Positions 9,546 to 19,655 of a stretch of 64,000 nt of DNA are shown here, piece after piece (within the stretch, counting starts at the first letter, position 1; every line of letters begins with the position of its first letter). Source of the stretch: an uncultured Gammaproteobacteria bacterium (GTDB taxonomy: Bacteria > Pseudomonadota > Gammaproteobacteria > Pseudomonadales > JAHEGP01). Where the stretch lies: positions 48,361 through 112,360 of the forward strand of contig CAWBXV010000007.1 of assembly GCA_963792875.1 (NCBI GenBank), given 5' to 3'. The position numbers and the translations under genes are program-made. A model generated the notes under the pieces. It was not told the DNA's origin and searched no databases. It was given only the letters and a program-made list of their open reading frames with translations.

Positions 9546-10640
9546 TCACCGGGGCGCGTGGCCGGCAGCATCGGCCAGCGCCGGCTGCTCAGGCGCCTGC
9601 GCGAACGAAAAGCGCGTCGCCAGCGGCCCGCGGTAGGCCTGCCCGGCCCGCTCCAGATGCGGGTAGACGAAGTAGTTCAGGGGGCCGCTGCGCTGCGCGG
9701 CGTCCAACACCAGGTCGCGCCCCATGGAAAACATGATGCGATCCGCGCCCTGGCCGCCGAACAGATAGTCCCGCTGCTCGGGGTGCTTGGCGGCCTCGCT
9801 GGCATCGACCGGAATCCAGCCGGCGCCCGGCAGATAGAACTCGACCCAGCAGTGATAGCCGCCGATCTGCGCGCTGTCGCGGTCCTGCGGGATGGGGAAA
9901 CCGATCTCAAAGCGGGCGGGAATACCCACCGTGCGCGCCAGCGAGATGAACAGCGCATGGAAGTCCGTGCAGTTGCCATAGCCCTCCCGGCAGGCCCAGA
10001 ACGTGTCGCCGTTGCCCCAGCCGGTGCCGACCTTCTTGTACTCGATGTTGTCGACCACCCAGTCGTAGATGCCGCGGGCCAGAGCCGGCAGGTCATCGCC
10101 GGGCACCGCCGAGCGGACTTCGGCGAGGATCGGGTCGAGAATCGGGTGTCCCACCGGCACCTTCTGGTTGCCACCGAGAAACAATGCCAGCTGTTCGCGC
10201 TCCTGCTCACTCAGACTGGCGACCTGCTGCGGCACCGCCACGCGGTAGGCGCCGCGCGCCACCGTGGTGCGGACGCTGATCGCCACGCCGGCGCGCACCA
10301 CCGCGGCTGGCAGGGTCGCGTGCCAGAAGCGGTTGCCGTACCGGGGCTCAATGCCGATGCGGCCGGGCACGGCGCTGTCGATATGCTCGCCGAGCACCTG
10401 CTGACGCTCGGTCTGCGCGGCCAGGGGAATCCAGATGTCGACCGGCGCATCGCCCTCCACCGGGCCCACCTGGGTCACGTAGTCGAAGGTCACCACGCGC
10501 GCCGGCGCGGCATCGGCGAGCAGCGCCACCGGCACCACGGCCAGCGCCAGGGCAGCGCGCCAGCGCCCGGGCGCGCGGCGCGTCCGCGCGCCCGCAGGGG
10601 GCTGACCGGGCTGGTGAACGGCAGTAGGGGAACACGTCAT
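9546..10640 (-). CDS. Transglutaminase-like (cysteine protease fold) secreted protein
   Basis: The transglutaminase core reads GYGNCTDFHALFISLARTVGIPARFEIGF...GGYHCWVEFYLPGAGWIPVDASE (Cys-His-Asp). ATG 10640 is followed by a signal-like RWRAALALAVVPVALLA. The rest of the 917-aa track ORF is antisense to the next gene. Confidence 0.8.
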   Translation of the reverse strand: MTCSPTAVHQPGQPPAGARTRRAPGRWRAALALAVVPVALLADAAPARVVTFDYVTQVGPVEGDAPVDIWIPLAAQTERQQVLGEHIDSAVPGRIGIEPRYGNRFWHATLPAAVVRAGVAISVRTTVARGAYRVAVPQQVASLSEQEREQLALFLGGNQKVPVGHPILDPILAEVRSAVPGDDLPALARGIYDWVVDNIEYKKVGTGWGNGDTFWACREGYGNCTDFHALFISLARTVGIPARFEIGFPIPQDRDSAQIGGYHCWVEFYLPGAGWIPVDASEAAKHPEQRDYLFGGQGADRIMFSMGRDLVLDAAQRSGPLNYFVYPHLERAGQAYRGPLATRFSFAQAPEQPALADAAGHAPR

Positions 10641-10916
10641 AATAACCACAGCACTCTGATGGACGTTGACGACAGGGCCGCAGCGCCGCGGGGCGCGCAG
10701 ATTCGACCGCGGAACATTCGACCGCGCATCGAGGGGCCGCAGTATATAGAAAGGCATCGGTAGACTAAATAGCAGCCGCGCTGCCCGACATTGCATTGGC
10801 GACACCGCGCCACCGTGAACTACACTGCTGGGAACCTCATCGTCGCCGCGGCCCCGCGCGCGCCGCGAGCGAGGCAACACACCCGCGTCATCGGTAACAA
10901 GCGGAACCTCACTGCT

Positions 10917-12143
10917 GTGGAAAGTCGCTTTACCAGAGTTCCTGTTACGGAACTGCAGCTTGGCATGTTCATAGCTGAACTCGATCGCCCCTGGCTGGAG
11001 ACGCCCTTTCTCATCCAGGGCTTCGTGCTGTGCGAATTCGGGGAACTGCGCGTGCTGCGCGACCACTGCAAGTACGTCTACATCGACGCCGGCAAATCCG
11101 CGCCCATCGGCTACGTCCAGCCGCAACAGCGGCCACTGGGAAAATCCATCAGCGAGACTTTCTCGGCGCGGCGACTGACGCGATACGATGACCACGTCTC
11201 CTTTGACCAGGAGATGGAATCCGCCAAGCGCATCTACGCGGACTACGAGTCCATGGTCGCCAGACTCTACGACACCGAGTTCCTGGGTCAGCAGGTCAAT
11301 ATGCAGCAGGTCAGCGAAGCCGTAGGCAACATCGTCGACAGCATCATCCGCAACCCCGACGCCTGCACACTGCTGCACAAGATGAAGCGCAAGGGCGACT
11401 ACCTCTACAACCACGCCATCGGCATGTCGGTGTGGGCCGCCGCGCTCAGCCGGCAGATCGGCCTGCCCCCGAACGAGATCAAGCGGATCGCCATGGGCGC
11501 GCTGTTGTGCGATATAGGAAAAGTCGGCATCTCCAGCCGGATTCTCGACAAACCCGGCAAGCTCACCGAGGCCGAGTTTGAGCAGGTCAAGCGGCACGTG
11601 ATCATCGACGACAACTTCATGGAGCGCTTCCCGGGGCTGTCCAACGCCGTGCTCGAGATCATTCAGACCCACCACGAGCGCCACGACGGCAGCGGCTACC
11701 CGCACGGCCTGTGCGCCGACGACGTGCCGGTCTATTCCCGCATCGTGGCGATCGCCGACTGCTATGACGCCCTCACCAACGACCGCCCCTACGGCCGCGC
11801 CATATCGCCCACGCAAGCCTGCAGAGTGCTCTACGAACTGCGCGACATTCACTATCAGGGCGAGATCGTGGAAGAATTCATCCAGGCCGTGGGCGTCTAT
11901 CCGGTCGGCACGCTGGTGGAACTCAACACGGGCGAGGTCGGGGTGGTCATCTCCGAATACCGCAAGCGCCGCCTGCGCCCCAAGCTGCTGCTGCTGCTCG
12001 ACGCCGACAAGCAACCCATCACGAGCACACGCTACCTCAACCTGATGGACTGCCAGGTCACCGATCAGGGCGACCGCATCGAGATCAAATGTGCCCTGAA
12101 CGGCAACGCCTACGGTCTGGACGCCGATGACTTTTTCCAGTGA
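10917..12143 (+). CDS. HD-GYP domain c-di-GMP phosphodiesterase (DUF3391-like N-terminus)
   Basis: It carries the HD..HHERHDGSGYPHGL signature. The N-terminus VPVTELQLGMFIAELDRPW is typical of DUF3391 HD-GYP proteins. The start is uncertain: GTG 10917 is preferred, and ATG 10791 is possible. Confidence 0.8.
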   Translation: MESRFTRVPVTELQLGMFIAELDRPWLETPFLIQGFVLCEFGELRVLRDHCKYVYIDAGKSAPIGYVQPQQRPLGKSISETFSARRLTRYDDHVSFDQEMESAKRIYADYESMVARLYDTEFLGQQVNMQQVSEAVGNIVDSIIRNPDACTLLHKMKRKGDYLYNHAIGMSVWAAALSRQIGLPPNEIKRIAMGALLCDIGKVGISSRILDKPGKLTEAEFEQVKRHVIIDDNFMERFPGLSNAVLEIIQTHHERHDGSGYPHGLCADDVPVYSRIVAIADCYDALTNDRPYGRAISPTQACRVLYELRDIHYQGEIVEEFIQAVGVYPVGTLVELNTGEVGVVISEYRKRRLRPKLLLLLDADKQPITSTRYLNLMDCQVTDQGDRIEIKCALNGNAYGLDADDFFQ

Positions 12144-13476
12144 CTTTCCCGACCTGCTGGCAGAACTCGGCGAGAGCGAGGGCCGCGGCGGCCGCCAGCG
12201 CTTCCTCGATGCGCTGACCGCCGACATCCAGATCGCCATGATGCAGGCCGAGCGGCTGGCGCTGGTACTGGTCGACATCCGCAAATTCATGAGCATCAAC
12301 CTGTCCCACGGCTACGCCTGCGGTGACGAGGTACTGCTGCGCCTGCCGGGCCTGCTCAAGGAGGTCATCAGGAAAGCCAGCGCGGTCGAGCGGCTGGGTG
12401 ACAACCTGTTCGGCGTCGTCATCCCGGCAGTGAGCTCGCCGGCGCTGCTGCCCATCGCCGCTGAGAAGATTCGCCGCAAACTGCAGGCCCCCCTGCACGT
12501 CAGCGATCACACCATCACCCTGGAGTGCCATATCACCGCGGCGGTCTACCCCGAGGAGGGCCAGACCGCTGACGACCTGCTGCTCACGGCGGAGCGCATG
12601 CTGGTCGATGTCAAGCTGCGCAAGTTCAGCGACGTGGCCATTCCCGTGCTGATGCAGCACACCGGCAGAGCGCGCTGGCAGATCGAAAGGCAGCTGCGCG
12701 GCGCCATCGACCGCGGCGAGCTGGAGCTGTTCTACCAGCCCAAGATCCGCCTGCGCGACCGCCAGCCGGCCAGCGCCGAGGCCCTGGTGCGGTGGAACTC
12801 CAGCGAGCTGGGCATGGTGCGGCCGGACGAGTTCATCGGCGTCGCCGAGGAGAGCTCGCTGATCAACCAGATCACCGAATGGGCGCTGAGAACCGCCATC
12901 CGCGTGCGCAGCGAGATCATCGGCAGAGGCGACGGGCCGTCGGTGGCAGTGAACGTCTCGGCCAGCGACATCTATGATTACAGCATCGTGCACAACCTCG
13001 AATCCGTGCTGGCGATCTGGGGCGTCGCCCCCGAGCACCTGACGCTTGAAGTCACCGAGAGCGTCATCATGGACAATCCGGACATCGCGCTCAGGAATCT
13101 CGAGCTGCTGCGCAAGCTTGGCGTCAAGATCGCGCTGGACGATTTCGGCACCGGCTACTCGTCGCTGGCCTACTTCAAGACACTGCCCATCGACGAGCTC
13201 AAGATCGACAAATCCTTCATCCTGAACATGCGCCACGACAGCGACGACGCGGTGCTGGTCGAGGCCATCATCAAACTTGCGCACCAGTTCAACCTCAGCG
13301 TCGTCGCCGAAGGCGTGGAAGACGTGCAGACCCTGCGGCAGCTGGACGCCCTGGGTTGCGACTATGTGCAGGGCTACCACTTCAGCCAGGCGCTGCCGCA
13401 GGCGAAATTCAGCGCCTGGCTCGACGCCTATCGGGCGGACGCCTACTGGAGTGAAGCACCGCCGCCAGCCGACTGA
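12127..13476 (+). CDS. Degenerate-GGDEF / EAL domain protein (c-di-GMP phosphodiesterase type)
   Basis: EAL signatures are intact (ELFYQPKI, EALVRW, DDFGTGYSSL, KIDKSF, AEGVE, QGY). The GGDEF site is degenerate: RLGDNLF replaces RxGGDEF. ATG 12127 overlaps the upstream gene by 17 nt. Confidence 0.85.
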   Translation: MTFSSDFPDLLAELGESEGRGGRQRFLDALTADIQIAMMQAERLALVLVDIRKFMSINLSHGYACGDEVLLRLPGLLKEVIRKASAVERLGDNLFGVVIPAVSSPALLPIAAEKIRRKLQAPLHVSDHTITLECHITAAVYPEEGQTADDLLLTAERMLVDVKLRKFSDVAIPVLMQHTGRARWQIERQLRGAIDRGELELFYQPKIRLRDRQPASAEALVRWNSSELGMVRPDEFIGVAEESSLINQITEWALRTAIRVRSEIIGRGDGPSVAVNVSASDIYDYSIVHNLESVLAIWGVAPEHLTLEVTESVIMDNPDIALRNLELLRKLGVKIALDDFGTGYSSLAYFKTLPIDELKIDKSFILNMRHDSDDAVLVEAIIKLAHQFNLSVVAEGVEDVQTLRQLDALGCDYVQGYHFSQALPQAKFSAWLDAYRADAYWSEAPPPAD

Positions 13477-13601
13477 AGCCGGGTTGCTGCGGCAGCGCCG
13501 GGGCTGGCCAAGCGCCGGCAAAAGGGGCATCATGCGCACCGGACCCACACGGAGGCCGCAACTGCTGAGGCCCACGGCGACATGCCTGCGAACCACCCCC
13601 T

Positions 13602-16600
13602 ATGAGCACACGGAGCCAGCGCGCTCTGATCGCCCTGATAGCGCTGTCGATCGCGGGGGCGCTGGCGCTGAAGCAGGCCTTGCAGCCCGAGCGCTGGCGC
13701 GGCCGCATCGCCGCCCAGCTGGCGCAGTGGACCGGCGGCGAGGTAGCGCTGGGCGGGCTCGCGTGGGGCCTCGATGGCGGCCTGTGGCTGCGCGTGGACG
13801 ACCTCAGTATCGCCGACACGCGCCTGCCGCTCACCGACATCGCCTTCGCCACGGCCCGCGCCAGACTGTCGCTGCGCCCGCTGCTGCAGGGTGTGCTGGC
13901 CATCGACGAGCTGCAGCTGGCGGGGCCCCGCATCACTTATCGCCTGGCGGCGCCGGCGGCGACGCCTGACGCTGCGCCGCAGCAGACGCCCTCGGCCGGC
14001 CTGCCCCTGGACATCGCCCTGCGCTCGCTGCACATCCATGACGGCACCCTGACGCTGATCGATGCCCGCCTGGCGCCCGCCGCGGCGCGCACTACCCGGC
14101 TGGATGCGGTCGACATCCGCCTCGCCGATCTCGCCGCCGGCGCCAGCGCCCGCCTCGACGCCACGGCACGGCTCAACACCCAGGGGCAGCTGGCACTGAC
14201 CGGCCGCCTCGCCGGACTGCAGCGCCACCTCGCCCTCGACCAGCCCTGGCTGACGCTGCAGCTCAGCGCGCAGGGCATCCCGCTCGACGGACTCGACGCC
14301 TATCTGGGCGATGCCAGCCTGGCGGCGGCGTTGAGCGGCCAGGTCTCGGCACGCGCCAGCTACGACGGCGACCTCGCCGATAACGGCACGCTGCAGGCCC
14401 TGCTGCAATTGGGACAGCTGCGCTATAGGGACGCCCGCCTCAGCGCGACCGCGCTGCCCGGCCAGCCCCTGGACCTGGCGCTGGACGCGCGGCTGGCGGG
14501 CGCCGGCGTGCAGGTGGAGCGCCTGCGCCTGCAGTCGGGCGGGCTGCAGATCGACGCCAGCGCCACCATCGACTCCTGGCGCCGCCGCCCCCGCCTCGTC
14601 GGCACCTCGGCGAGCGGCGTCATCCCCCTGCACGAACTGCAGGCGCTGCTGCCGTGGCGAGCCCTGGGCAGCAGCGCCGACTATCTGCGCGACCTCACCG
14701 CCAGCGGCGGCGTGCTGCGCCTGGAGCAGCTGAACCTGCCCGACTTCAGCCTGCGCGATGCCCCGGACTGGCGCGCGCTGCTGCCGCAGGTGGCGGCCCG
14801 CATCAGCGCCAGCGGCCTGTCCGTGCGCGCGACGCCGGAGCTGCCCCGCATCGATCAGCTGCAGGGCAGCGTCGAGCTCCAGCGGGGTGTTGCAACGGGG
14901 CGCGACATCACGGCGCGCCTGGGACCGCTGCGCCTGCCCGCCCTGCAGTTCGAGGCGCGGGAACTGACCCGGGCGCCCGTGATCACGGCCACGGCGAGGG
15001 GCCGGCTGGCGCTGGCCGCGGGCGGCGGGGCCGAGGTCGCGGCGCTGCTGCGGCGCTACGGCCTGGCGCGGTTCACGATCGACGGCGACGTCGACGCCAG
15101 CGCCGAGGTCGCGCTGCGCGAGCCCCGGCGCTGGCGCGCGCGCGGCGCCATCAGGGTCGATGACGCAGCACTGACCACGCAACAGGGGGACCGTCTGAGC
15201 GCCGGCGGCACCATCCGGCTGCGCCGGCGGGAGCACCTCGACCTGCTGCTGGACGGCATCGCGGGGCGCATCAACGGCGCGCCGTTCAAGGTGGCCGGCG
15301 CCGTCCTGGCGGCGGACACACCCAGCCGCCTGGCCGACCTCGAACTCGGCTGCCAGAACCTGGCGCTGGCGCCGCTGGCGCATTGGCTGCCGGCACTGGC
15401 ACCGCTCGCGCTCAGCGGCAGCGTGAGCGGCGATGTCAGACTCTATCTGCCAGCCGACGCGCCCGCCCGCGCGCGCGCGCTGGGCCAGCTGGCGGTGACG
15501 GCGGTGCAGCTGCGCCTTGCCGATGCCGGGCTGCAGCTGAGCAACGCGACCGGAGCGGCCACGCTCGGCTCCCGCAGGGTTGACGTGCCGCGACTGTCGG
15601 CGCGCGTCAATGACCAGCCCATCGAGCTGCGGGGCAGCCTGCAGTACCGGGAGGCGCCGGCGCTGACGCTGCAGCTGTCATCGACCTCACTGGACATCGA
15701 TCGCCTGCTGCCACCCACCGCACCGGACCCCAGGCCTGCCGGCGCCGCGCCCAGCACCGCGGCGAACAGGGCGGCGCCGCCGCCGACCTTGCCGTCGTGG
15801 GCGCAGCGAGGTTCGGCCACGATCGACGTCACCGTCGATCGCGGCTCCTTCCGCCAGGTTCGCTTCAGCGACGTGGCCGTACGCGCGCGCTACCAGCACA
15901 GTCAGCTCGAGCGCGCGACCCTCGACCTGCGCCTGCCCAGGGGACGCGTTCGCGCGAGCGGCTCGGCCGACCTGTCGAAGCTGGACGCCATCGAGTTTGC
16001 CCTGCAGCACGATATCGCCGGCGTCGAACTCGCCGAGTTCACCCGACTGCTCAAAGGCGGCACCGAGCGCGCCTCAGGCATCGTCCACAGCCAGGGAGAA
16101 TTCAGCGGCAACACCGCAGACCTGAAAGGGACCGCCAGGGGACGAGTGACCGCCAGCGCCGGCCCGGGGCAGATTCCCGACCGCAGCGTCTATGCTCGCA
16201 CGCTGTTCAACGTGCTCTCCGTCATCAACGTGCAGGGCATCCTCAAGGGCGAGATCGGGACGGGGCTCGCGATCGAGGGCATGCCCTACGACAGCCTGCT
16301 GGTCGACGCCGCGTTCGCGCCGGAGCACATCGCGATCAACCAGTTGGACCTGATCACCCCTGCCTTCGGCACCCGCGTCATCGGCGAGGTCGGCAACGGC
16401 CAGCTGGCACTGGACGGCGTCATCACCGTGCTGGGAACCCTCGACCGCATCATCGAGCTGGTGCCGCTGATCGGCGCCCCCGTGTCCGGTCTTACCAAAG
16501 TGTATCTGCGCATCGGCGGCACCCCGCAGGCGCCTACGGTGAGAGTCCAGCCGGCGAAGGGGCTGAGGTCCGGGGTCAGCGATATCTTACGGTTGCCGCT

Positions 16601-16631
16601 GCGCATCATCCCCCAGAGCGGGCCCGAGTGA
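13602..16631 (+). CDS. asmA: AsmA family outer-membrane biogenesis protein
   Basis: The 1009-aa product has an N-terminal anchor, RALIALIALSIAGALAL. The composition is repetitive and beta-rich. The C-terminal AsmA-like region reads DLITPAFGTRVIGEV...YLRIGGTPQAPTV. Confidence 0.75.
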   Translation: MSTRSQRALIALIALSIAGALALKQALQPERWRGRIAAQLAQWTGGEVALGGLAWGLDGGLWLRVDDLSIADTRLPLTDIAFATARARLSLRPLLQGVLAIDELQLAGPRITYRLAAPAATPDAAPQQTPSAGLPLDIALRSLHIHDGTLTLIDARLAPAAARTTRLDAVDIRLADLAAGASARLDATARLNTQGQLALTGRLAGLQRHLALDQPWLTLQLSAQGIPLDGLDAYLGDASLAAALSGQVSARASYDGDLADNGTLQALLQLGQLRYRDARLSATALPGQPLDLALDARLAGAGVQVERLRLQSGGLQIDASATIDSWRRRPRLVGTSASGVIPLHELQALLPWRALGSSADYLRDLTASGGVLRLEQLNLPDFSLRDAPDWRALLPQVAARISASGLSVRATPELPRIDQLQGSVELQRGVATGRDITARLGPLRLPALQFEARELTRAPVITATARGRLALAAGGGAEVAALLRRYGLARFTIDGDVDASAEVALREPRRWRARGAIRVDDAALTTQQGDRLSAGGTIRLRRREHLDLLLDGIAGRINGAPFKVAGAVLAADTPSRLADLELGCQNLALAPLAHWLPALAPLALSGSVSGDVRLYLPADAPARARALGQLAVTAVQLRLADAGLQLSNATGAATLGSRRVDVPRLSARVNDQPIELRGSLQYREAPALTLQLSSTSLDIDRLLPPTAPDPRPAGAAPSTAANRAAPPPTLPSWAQRGSATIDVTVDRGSFRQVRFSDVAVRARYQHSQLERATLDLRLPRGRVRASGSADLSKLDAIEFALQHDIAGVELAEFTRLLKGGTERASGIVHSQGEFSGNTADLKGTARGRVTASAGPGQIPDRSVYARTLFNVLSVINVQGILKGEIGTGLAIEGMPYDSLLVDAAFAPEHIAINQLDLITPAFGTRVIGEVGNGQLALDGVITVLGTLDRIIELVPLIGAPVSGLTKVYLRIGGTPQAPTVRVQPAKGLRSGVSDILRLPLRIIPQSGPE

Positions 16632-17186
16632 GCCATCGGCCTGCCGCAGCATGGGCAACAGGGCCTGTGCCAGCCGCGCCGCCAGCGCCTGCAGCTCCGC
16701 CTCCGCGTAGGTGTCGCCGGCCGCCGCCGCGACCTCGGCCATACTGACGCTGAGCGCCATGCGCTCGCCGATGTCCACGCCCACCGACACCGCATCGAGA
16801 TAGAGCGCGCGGTGACCGTCGATGCGCAGCGAGGCGTCGGCGCCAAGCTCAGCCGCCGCCCGCTCGAACACAAAGTAAGGCATGAGCTGCACCAGCACCT
16901 GCGGCGCGCCGGGCAACGCCAGCGGCAGAGCGCAGTTCAGCGGGTCCTGCGGCGCCAGCGGCCCCAGCTCCGCCACCCCCTCGAGCAGCTGCGCCGCGAC
17001 CGCGGCCACGCGGCGACACCAGTAAGGCGGCGGCTTGACGCCATAACTCATACCGATGTCCTCTGCGAACTGCGTGGCCGCGTGGTCGCGCCGCGCGGCG
17101 TCGAACCAGCCATCGGCGGCCGGGTCCCTGCCATGACAGGCACACAGGCCCAGCAACAGCAGACAACCGATGCGGGGGCGTCTCAT
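16587..17186 (-). CDS. Hypothetical lipoprotein
   Basis: ATG 17186 gives MRRPRIGCLLLLGLCAC, a lipobox. I recognise no domain. Its 3' end overlaps the convergent asmA by 45 nt. Confidence 0.45.
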   Translation of the reverse strand: MRRPRIGCLLLLGLCACHGRDPAADGWFDAARRDHAATQFAEDIGMSYGVKPPPYWCRRVAAVAAQLLEGVAELGPLAPQDPLNCALPLALPGAPQVLVQLMPYFVFERAAAELGADASLRIDGHRALYLDAVSVGVDIGERMALSVSMAEVAAAAGDTYAEAELQALAARLAQALLPMLRQADGSLGPALGDDAQRQP

Positions 17187-17416
17187 AGGGTCGCAATCTC
17201 CAATCCAGTGCGCGTGACCGCGGCGGGCGCACCACGCCGCCGCCGTGGTCGGCGGGCAAGCATGGCGCCCTGCGAGCAAGCCGGCCTCCCGGGGCAAGCT
17301 GCCCTCCCCCGGGTCCGCGGCCGCGCAGTCCCCCATATCATTACCAGGCGCATTGTTTTAGTCTACCCCCAACCGACGCCTGCGGGCGACCATGAGCAAG
17401 GGACTGAGGGCACGAC

Positions 17417-18637
17417 ATGGCAAGGTTTATCGATCTGGGCGTCTCGGTGTTCGATGACGCCTTCACCCTGGACCCCTTCCCCTACCTGGAAGACCTCTAT
17501 GGCGCCAGGGAGGTGCTGGGCTTTTGCTCGGAGGGCATGAATTTTCTGTTCCGCTTCGAGCAGTGCCGGCACGTGATCCGCAGCGACCGCTACCGTCGTC
17601 CCGGCCCCGAGAGCGCCGGGCTGAGCCTGCTGGAGGAGCGCTATGCCAGTTTATACCCCGACCGCGCCTGGTTCCTGCAGCGATCGTACACGCAGGGAAC
17701 GCCGAACCTGGCCTTCAAGGCGGCGCTGGGCAGATTCATCGGCACGCTGGCCGACTCGCCCGCGCTGGTGGGACTCGACGCGGTGCTGCCGGACGTCACC
17801 GCCAGCCAGGGCGGCGGCGACTACATCGACGCCATCGCCACCCTGCCGCTGCGCATCTTTCTGGACACCTGTCAGCTGCCCTACGATGCAGGGCAGGTAC
17901 AGGCACTGCACGCCGCCGGCCAGGACTGGCTCAAATCCTTCGAGAACTACCACGACCACGCTCTGCTCGCCCAGGGCGACCGCGGCATGGCTACGCTGCG
18001 GGCCTTCCTGAGCGAGCGCTTCGACGGCATCAACCCGCGCTCCCCGCTGCAGCCGCTGACCGCGGCGGGCAGGGCCGCCGGCCTGGACGACGCCGCCCTC
18101 ATCGCCAACATCGCGGGCATCTTTCTGGCGGGGATGAGCAACACGGCCGGCATGTCTTCGGGCTTCATGCTGCGCACGCTGCTGCACCACCCGCCGGCTT
18201 GGCGGGCGCTGAGAGACAACCCCGCGCTGGCCCTGGATGAGCGCGTGATCACGGAATTGCTGCGGCGCGACAACCACGTCAAGGCGCTGGCCCGCATCGC
18301 CATCGAGCCGGACACCATCGACCAGTTCCCGATCGCGGCGGGCGAGATCGTCTACCTGTTCTTTCCCGGCATCAACCGCGATCCGGCCCAATGGGGAGAC
18401 CCCGCCACGCTGGCGCTGGATCGCGATTTCAACAGCGACAACAACCTGGTATTCGGCGGCGCGCAATACACCTGCATCGGCCGGAAACTGACCATGGCCT
18501 TCATGCGCCACATGCTGGACGGTTTCGCGCGCCACCTGCCGGCGAACGCCCGCATCGATGACGCCGACATCGGCATGGACGGGGCCTGGGTGGCCGAGCG
18601 CATCATCACCCGCCTGCCGGTCGAACTGGCCGCCTGA
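17417..18637 (+). CDS. Cytochrome P450
   Basis: The heme-thiolate loop is FGGAQYTCIGRKL (FxxGxxxCxG). An I-helix-like segment reads AGIFLAGMSNTAG. GAGGG lies upstream of ATG 17417. Confidence 0.85.
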   Translation: MARFIDLGVSVFDDAFTLDPFPYLEDLYGAREVLGFCSEGMNFLFRFEQCRHVIRSDRYRRPGPESAGLSLLEERYASLYPDRAWFLQRSYTQGTPNLAFKAALGRFIGTLADSPALVGLDAVLPDVTASQGGGDYIDAIATLPLRIFLDTCQLPYDAGQVQALHAAGQDWLKSFENYHDHALLAQGDRGMATLRAFLSERFDGINPRSPLQPLTAAGRAAGLDDAALIANIAGIFLAGMSNTAGMSSGFMLRTLLHHPPAWRALRDNPALALDERVITELLRRDNHVKALARIAIEPDTIDQFPIAAGEIVYLFFPGINRDPAQWGDPATLALDRDFNSDNNLVFGGAQYTCIGRKLTMAFMRHMLDGFARHLPANARIDDADIGMDGAWVAERIITRLPVELAA

Positions 18638-18652
18638 ACCCGGTGCGGGCGC

Positions 18653-19516
18653 TCAGCTGGCCAGTGCGGGGATGATCTTCGCAAACTGCTCGATCATCGG
18701 CATGATTTTATGAGGCTGATCCCAGTTGCCGGTGCCGACGCCGATATTGGCGCGGTGGATGCCCAGGTCGCGCAGGCGCTTGAGCATGTCGGCATCGGGC
18801 GCCTGCATCACGGCGAGGGTGATCTCCAGCGCGTCCGGGTCGCGCCCGAACTCCTGCGCGGCCCGCCTGAACGCAGCGATCGCCGGCGCCAGGCGCGCCA
18901 CGCCGATATCCACCGGCATCCAGCCGTCGGCCCAGCGCGCGGCATGGCGTATGCCCTGCGGCCCCATCACGCCGAGCAGGACCTTGGGCCCACCCGCCTG
19001 CAGCGGTTTGGGCTCGAACCAGACCGGGTCGAAGCGGATCAGCTCCCCGTGATAAGAGGGCTCGGCCTCGGTAAACAGCGCCCGCTGCGCCGCGACCGTC
19101 TCCTCGATGGCGCGGTAGCGCCGCTCCCACGGCAGGCGGCTGGCGTTGGCGAACGCCTCCCGATTCCAGCCCACCCCGACACCCAGCAGCAGGCGGCCGC
19201 CGCTGAGCCGGTCCAGCGTCGCGATGGTCTTGGCCTGCGAGAACAGCTCGCGCTCCAGCAGCAGGGCGATGCCGGTACCGAGCTTGAGCGTCGTGGTCGC
19301 GGCGGCCGCGCTCATCAGCGCCAGGTAGGGGTCCATCATCTTCCGGTAAGGCTCCGGCAGGGGACCGCCGGCGGGATAGGGGGTGCTGCGGCACCGCGGA
19401 ATGTGGCTGTGTTCGCCGTACCACAGCGACTCGAAGCCGGCCGCCTCCAGGGCGGCCGCCAACACTGCGGGCGGCGGGTCGTCGGCCGTGTTCATCGAAC
19501 TGAATCCCAGGTGCAT
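18653..19516 (-). CDS. Luciferase-like (LLM class) F420/flavin-dependent oxidoreductase
   Basis: The sequence resembles the LLM family (FESLWYGEHSHIP, LKLGTGIALLLERE, GRLLLGVGVGWNREAF). GGAGGAG lies upstream of ATG 19516. Confidence 0.8.
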   Translation of the reverse strand: MHLGFSSMNTADDPPPAVLAAALEAAGFESLWYGEHSHIPRCRSTPYPAGGPLPEPYRKMMDPYLALMSAAAATTTLKLGTGIALLLERELFSQAKTIATLDRLSGGRLLLGVGVGWNREAFANASRLPWERRYRAIEETVAAQRALFTEAEPSYHGELIRFDPVWFEPKPLQAGGPKVLLGVMGPQGIRHAARWADGWMPVDIGVARLAPAIAAFRRAAQEFGRDPDALEITLAVMQAPDADMLKRLRDLGIHRANIGVGTGNWDQPHKIMPMIEQFAKIIPALAS

Positions 19517-19655
19517 GGCATCTCCTCCCGGCTATCGACGCCAACCGCCGGGCAGGCATCGCCCCTGATACGCTGGCGCCGCGCCGGCAGGCATTGCCGG
19601 GGCGGAACCTGCCGGTATACTAGGGCAACGACCACCCACCAACAAGGCCACCATC

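Noticed and set aside
9546-12299. A 917-aa minus-strand ORF in the track.
   Set aside because: It is a composite. Only the last 364 codons (9546-10640) look like a transglutaminase-like protein with its own ATG and signal peptide. The upstream ~550 codons are antisense to the well-supported HD-GYP gene. They are low-complexity Ala/Gly/Val/Asp-rich, which is typical of open antisense frames in high-GC DNA.
13530-15383. A 617-aa minus-strand ORF antisense to asmA.
   Set aside because: It is Arg/Ala/Gly/Gln-rich, has no motif and lies wholly inside the AsmA gene on the other strand. It is a high-GC antisense artefact. The same reasoning applies to 24622-26361 (-), 26540-27853 (-), 48675-50501 (-) and 55499-57310 (-).
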